NCBI GenBank assembly: GCA_035512775.1
Contig: DATKDI010000001.1
Span: forward strand, 3,776-67,775
Reading direction: 5' to 3'
Length of the DNA: 64,000 nucleotides
DNA from: Actinomycetota bacterium
Lineage (GTDB): Bacteria; Actinomycetota; UBA4738; HRBIN12
The stretch's first letter is position 1; each line of letters starts with the position of its first letter. A program made the position numbers and the translations under genes. Shown here piece by piece: positions 60,012 through 64,000 of this stretch. The notes below the pieces were generated by a model, which was not told where the DNA came from, did no database searches, and was given only the letters and a program-made list of their open reading frames with translations.

Positions 60012-60533
60012 TCAATAATGGATGAAGCTGTGGACCTCGTACTCCGGGAGCTTCTCGCGACCCTTCAAGAAGTCGAGCTCGATCAAACAGGCGATCCCGC
60101 GGATCGCACCGCCGCACCGCTCGACGAGCGCCGCGGCGGCCTTCGCCGTCCCCCCGGTCGCGAGCACGTCGTCCACGATCAAGACGCGCTCACCTTGTTC
60201 GATCGCGTCCTTGTGCAGCTCGATCGTCGCGGTGCCGTACTCCAGCTCATACTGCTCCGACTCCGTCTCCCAGGGCAGCTTGCCCTCCTTGCGGATCGGC
60301 ACGAAACCGGCGTTGAAGTGGTAGGCGACCGGCGCGGCGAGGATGAACCCGCGCGCCTCGATCCCGACGACCTTGTCCACGGTCCCTCTGCCGAAGTGCA
60401 CGACGATCAGATCGATGATCGTCGGCATCGCGTCGGGGTGCGCGAGCACCGGCGTGATGTCCTTGAACACGACGCCGGGTTCGGGGAAGTCGGGGACGTC
60501 CCGGATCAGCGCCTTGATCTGCTCGATCTCCAC
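60012..60533 (-). CDS. apt: adenine phosphoribosyltransferase
   Basis: PRTase motif VLIVDDVLATGGTA; FKDITPVLAHPDA APRT signature. Confidence 0.95.
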   Translation of the reverse strand: MEIEQIKALIRDVPDFPEPGVVFKDITPVLAHPDAMPTIIDLIVVHFGRGTVDKVVGIEARGFILAAPVAYHFNAGFVPIRKEGKLPWETESEQYELEYGTATIELHKDAIEQGERVLIVDDVLATGGTAKAAAALVERCGGAIRGIACLIELDFLKGREKLPEYEVHSFIHY

Positions 60534-60537
60534 GGCC

Positions 60538-61653
60538 TCACCTCCGCTTGCGCTTGGCCGGCGGTTTCCGGCGCTTCGACTTCGATCGTGGCCGCTCGCC
60601 CGTGCCGGTCCGAGGGATGGCGCGAGCGGCGGCCGCCTCGCCGGTCGCCGCGCTCGGGATCGCGCTGGTGGCGGCCGCCGCCCGCCTGGCGACGACCCGT
60701 TCCCGATCCGAGAGCTTCTGCTCGAGCTGACGGAATCGCATCTCCCGTTTCTTCAGCACGGCCAGGAGCGGCGCGGCGAGGAACACGGAAGAGTAGACGC
60801 CGATCGCCACGCCGATGAACATCGCGTACGCGAAGTCCTTGAGCGTGTCGCCCCCGAACAGCAGGAGGGACAGGATCGGCAGGAGGACGACCAGTGACGT
60901 GTTGACCGATCGCATCAACACCTGATTGAGCGACAGATCGATGGTCGCATCCGATCCGAGCCGCGCCACCAGCGATTGCGTCTCCAGGTTCTCCTTGATC
61001 TTGTCGTAGATGACGACCGTGTCGTAGAGCGAGAATCCGAGGATCGTCAGCACGGCGATCACGGTCTCCGGTGTGACCTCTCGTCCGCTGAGTGCGTACA
61101 CGCCGATCGTGATCAAGACGTCGTGGATCAGCGCGACGATCGCCCCGATCGCCATCTTGAACTCGAACCGGAGCGTGATGTAGCCGGTGATCGCCGCGAG
61201 GACGATCACGAGCCCGAGCGCCGCCTTGCGGGAGATCTCCCCACCCCAGGTTGGCCCCACGTCCTCGATGTTCACGTCGACCGGCTCGATGCCGGCCTGA
61301 TCCGCAAGGTCCGCCCGGATCGCCTCCGAGTCGCTCATACCGTCACCAGTGAGCGAAGGCGTCCGGATCGAGATCGCCTCGTTGTTCACTATCTGGACTT
61401 CCGCATCGTCGATCCCGTTGTCCTCGAGCGTCGTGTGCACCTGCTCGACACTCACCGGTTCCGCGAACTCGTACGTGATCCGAGCGCCACCCTCGAAGTC
61501 GATCGAGAAGTTCAGCTCGCGGAACACGAGCCCGCCGAGGGACAGCACGATCAGGATCCCGGAGAGGGCGAACCAGCGGTTGCGGTGCTCCACCCATCGG
61601 ACGTGAGGGATGGTATGGCCGCGGTACGTGTCGATCGCGTCACGGAGGTTCAC
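60538..61653 (-). CDS. secF: protein translocase subunit SecF
   Basis: SecD/F fold with 6 TM; GTG start forms a GTGA overlap with the secD stop; track ORF extended 5' through secD. Confidence 0.9.
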   Translation of the reverse strand: MNLRDAIDTYRGHTIPHVRWVEHRNRWFALSGILIVLSLGGLVFRELNFSIDFEGGARITYEFAEPVSVEQVHTTLEDNGIDDAEVQIVNNEAISIRTPSLTGDGMSDSEAIRADLADQAGIEPVDVNIEDVGPTWGGEISRKAALGLVIVLAAITGYITLRFEFKMAIGAIVALIHDVLITIGVYALSGREVTPETVIAVLTILGFSLYDTVVIYDKIKENLETQSLVARLGSDATIDLSLNQVLMRSVNTSLVVLLPILSLLLFGGDTLKDFAYAMFIGVAIGVYSSVFLAAPLLAVLKKREMRFRQLEQKLSDRERVVARRAAAATSAIPSAATGEAAAARAIPRTGTGERPRSKSKRRKPPAKRKRR

Positions 61654-63836
61654 AGGCCTGCTCCCTCGCGAGTGGTCTCGCCCGCCACCCCGCTCGTCAG
61701 GCCGAACCCTCGCATCTCCACGAGCCGAGGATTCTTGGCGATCAGGAAGACCGTCGGCCTCTTGAAGAACCACACGACGAACAGGTCGAGAAGCGTCGCC
61801 ACGCCCAAGGTAAGCGCGAAGCCGCGGACCGAGCTCACCGCCGTGAGGTACAGCACGACCGCTGCGAGCACTGCCACGATGTCGGCGGCGACGATCGTCC
61901 TGTACGCGCGCGCGAAGGCCGGCTGCACGGCCGAGCGCGGCGACTTGCCGGAGCGGACCTCATCCTTCAGACGCTCGAAGAAGACGATGTAGGAGTCGGC
62001 CGTGACACCGAGCGAGATCACGAGGCCGGCGACCCCGGAGAGCGAGAGCGCGTAGCCGAACTGGTCGCCCGCGATCGAGACCAGCCCGACGGCCAGCACG
62101 GCCCAGATCGTCATGCCGAGCCACGCGACGACCCCGAGCAACCGGTAGTAGAAGAGCACGTAGAGGAAGAGGAGCACCAACCCGGCGATCCCGGCAACGA
62201 TCCCTTGCTGGAGCGACTCCTCACCGAGCGTCGGACTCACCGTTCGCACCGATTGCCGCGTGAGCTCGACCGGCAGAGCTCCCGCGTTCAACTGGGTCGC
62301 GAGGTCCTTCGCCTCTGCTTCCCCGAAGCCCCCTGTGATCTCGCCGGACCCGCCCGTGATCGCGGACTGGACCGTCGGAGAGGAGATCACCACCCGGTCG
62401 ACGATGATCGCGATCTGGTCGGTGGGAGGGGGAGCCCCGACGGCTTGTGTGGTCGCGTCGGCGAACCGATCGGCGCCGTCGCTGGCGAGGTCGAACGTGA
62501 CGGTCCATTGGGAGACCCCACCGAGCTGACCCTGAGTCGAGAGGACCGCCGCCGCGCGGTTGAAGTCCTCGCCGCTGATCACGATAGGGCCGAGCACGAA
62601 CTTCGCCACCTGGCCGTTCCCGACCGGCCCGGGGTAGACCACCTCCTCGCTCGCGAGCGCATCGAACGAGCAGCGGGGCAGGTCACGTTCCTCCTCTGTC
62701 CCACAGGTGATGGGGCGAGGGTCCGAGCCGGGCACGATCTCGAGGACCCGGCGTTCCTCCAGGCGAGCGGTCTCGCCGATCACGCGGAGCAGTCGTTCCT
62801 GGCCCGACTGCCGCCGAAGGTCCTCCGCCTGGTCACGTCTGACCGAGCACTCGAGCCTCTGACCCGTCGAGCTCACCACGCAGAACTGCTCCTCCTCGTG
62901 CACCACGTCGATCGCCGCGAGTGCGTCGTTGGCCTCTTCGGGAGATCCCAGCTCACAAGGAAGCGGTTCGGCACCGGCGAGGTCGAGGTCGGCGAACGTC
63001 GCGGCCGCCGGAGACGGAGACGGCGAAGGAGATGGAGACAAGGAGACCGATGGAGACGCAGTGGGTGTCGCAGTCGCCGAAGGACTGGGTGTGGGCGAGG
63101 GCTCAGGCGGCGTCGGAAGCACGCAGAACGTGCGTTCCGTCACCTCGATCTCCATCGCGTCCTTCGCGTCCTCCGCCTTCGCACGGCTCTGGAAGCACCC
63201 GATCCGGTCACCCGTCGGTGCGGTCAGGCAGTAGGCGCTCGCCGCAGCCGAGGGGCCGGCCGAGGGCGACACAGAGGGACTCGTCGAGGCGGACGGGGTG
63301 GCGGAGGCGCTGGGCGACCCGGCCTCCCTGGGTCCGACCTGGATGCCCGCGAGGAACGTCTCGGCCTGCGTCCGGCTCGAGAAGCACTCCACCTGCTCGC
63401 CGTTCCCGTCCACGACGCACACCTCCGACGGCCGCGGTTGCACCTCCAGGCTCTCGAACACGTCTCGTACGTCGTCCTCCTCCTCGGAGCACCCGTGGAT
63501 CAGGTCCTCGCCCTCCAGGCAGTACAGGTCGGCCTCCCGGCGCTGCACACTCGCCTCTGCGGCACCGGGGATCTGGACCTCGATCGTGGTCCCCGAGAGC
63601 GCGATGTCCGGCTCCCCGACGCCGAAGGCGTCCACCCGGTTCCGGATGTTCTCGAGCGCCTGCTCCATGACGTCTTGCGGCGTGTCCTCGGGGGCCGTCA
63701 GGATCACCGAGGCACCACCCTGCAGGTCGAGTCCCAGCGTCGGCCGCAGACCGCCGCTCACCAGTCCGATCGCAGACGCACCGACCAATACGAGCACGAA
63801 GATGATGGACGCCCAGAGGGCGCGGTTGCGTCTCAC
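61650..63836 (-). CDS. secD: protein translocase subunit SecD with enlarged Cys-repeat/PST-rich periplasmic insertion
   Basis: SecD N-terminal TM, P1 head, C-terminal 6-TM SecD_SecF domain; 728 aa, insertion of ~250 aa. Confidence 0.9.
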   Translation of the reverse strand: MRRNRALWASIIFVLVLVGASAIGLVSGGLRPTLGLDLQGGASVILTAPEDTPQDVMEQALENIRNRVDAFGVGEPDIALSGTTIEVQIPGAAEASVQRREADLYCLEGEDLIHGCSEEEDDVRDVFESLEVQPRPSEVCVVDGNGEQVECFSSRTQAETFLAGIQVGPREAGSPSASATPSASTSPSVSPSAGPSAAASAYCLTAPTGDRIGCFQSRAKAEDAKDAMEIEVTERTFCVLPTPPEPSPTPSPSATATPTASPSVSLSPSPSPSPSPAAATFADLDLAGAEPLPCELGSPEEANDALAAIDVVHEEEQFCVVSSTGQRLECSVRRDQAEDLRRQSGQERLLRVIGETARLEERRVLEIVPGSDPRPITCGTEEERDLPRCSFDALASEEVVYPGPVGNGQVAKFVLGPIVISGEDFNRAAAVLSTQGQLGGVSQWTVTFDLASDGADRFADATTQAVGAPPPTDQIAIIVDRVVISSPTVQSAITGGSGEITGGFGEAEAKDLATQLNAGALPVELTRQSVRTVSPTLGEESLQQGIVAGIAGLVLLFLYVLFYYRLLGVVAWLGMTIWAVLAVGLVSIAGDQFGYALSLSGVAGLVISLGVTADSYIVFFERLKDEVRSGKSPRSAVQPAFARAYRTIVAADIVAVLAAVVLYLTAVSSVRGFALTLGVATLLDLFVVWFFKRPTVFLIAKNPRLVEMRGFGLTSGVAGETTREGAGL

Positions 63837-64000
63837 GCCAGCTCTGCTCCGTTGATGACAAGTCGGAAGCGCGCATCGAGCAGCTCGGCGGCATGGCGGC
63901 AGAGCTGCATGCGTCCCAGGAAGATCTCGAAGTACTCCATGACCTGACTGATCTCGGTGTCGATCGTCAGCTCGAGGCTGACGGTGCGGGCGCCGGAGTC
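63833..64000 (-). CDS. 3' end of an unidentified upstream gene (partial, runs off the window)
   Basis: open frame ending ...QVMEYFEIFLGRMQLCRHAAELLDARFRLVINGAELA-stop; its TGA overlaps the secD GTG start (GTGA). Confidence 0.3.
   Translation of the reverse strand, partial: DSGARTVSLELTIDTEISQVMEYFEIFLGRMQLCRHAAELLDARFRLVINGAELA

Noticed and set aside
63208-63894. 228-aa minus-strand ORF spanning the secD start region as candidate yajC or upstream gene
   Set aside because: Wrong frame relative to both secD and the actual upstream gene end. It is Arg/Gly-rich nonsense. The real upstream gene is the unlisted partial frame ending at 63833 with a GTGA overlap.

Overview
High-GC (roughly 70%) actinobacterial-type chromosomal segment made almost entirely of core housekeeping genes. 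About 70 of the roughly 72 CDS are on the minus strand; only tatA and a DCC-family oxidoreductase are on the plus strand. Junctions often overlap by 4 nt (GTGA/ATGA), which suggests translational coupling. Reading the minus strand 5'->3' (high to low coordinates) the order is: unknown partial gene, secD, secF, apt, DUF4279, rel, methyltransferase fragment, dtd, MBL hydrolase, hisS, aspS, PPOX-like, rarA, DUF948 pair, alaS, ruvX, mltG, aroE, then a complete type IV pilus (Tfp) locus, then aroC, aroK, aroB, aroQ, M24 peptidase, efp, nusB, then the pyrimidine operon, then pyrF, mihF, gmk, rpoZ, coaBC, metK, priA, def, fmt, rsmB, rpe, a receiver-GGDEF regulator, an FMN riboswitch with the riboflavin operon and a cupin gene, and finally infC and rpmI. 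The pyrimidine operon is pyrR-pyrB-pyrC-carA-carB-pyrK-pyrD; it has the Bacillus-type pyrK/pyrD (class 1B DHODH) pair. The Tfp locus comprises an MglB/Roadblock-like gene, pilB, pilT, pilC, pilA, two giant pilin-like genes, a minor pilin, a PilX/GspK-like gene, pilD, an HTH gene, pilM, pilN, pilO and an unknown membrane protein. No transposases, integrases, CRISPR arrays, tRNA or rRNA genes were seen. The most unusual content is the Tfp locus embedded between aroE and aroC. All four of its pilins share an extended leader (MLKRLREERG), and it includes 479-aa and 599-aa pilin-like proteins, an adjacent Roadblock-domain protein and a BldC-like HTH protein. Other notable items are a Cys-pair repeat insertion in the SecD periplasmic domain, a recent 42-bp tandem repeat giving CarA a C-terminal tail, a GGDDF-variant receiver-GGDEF protein beside the FMN riboswitch, and a PriA homolog with degenerate Walker motifs. 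Gene calls rest on recognisable family signatures in the supplied translations. Starts were refined by codon counting from ORF ends and by operon junction overlaps. No database search was possible.
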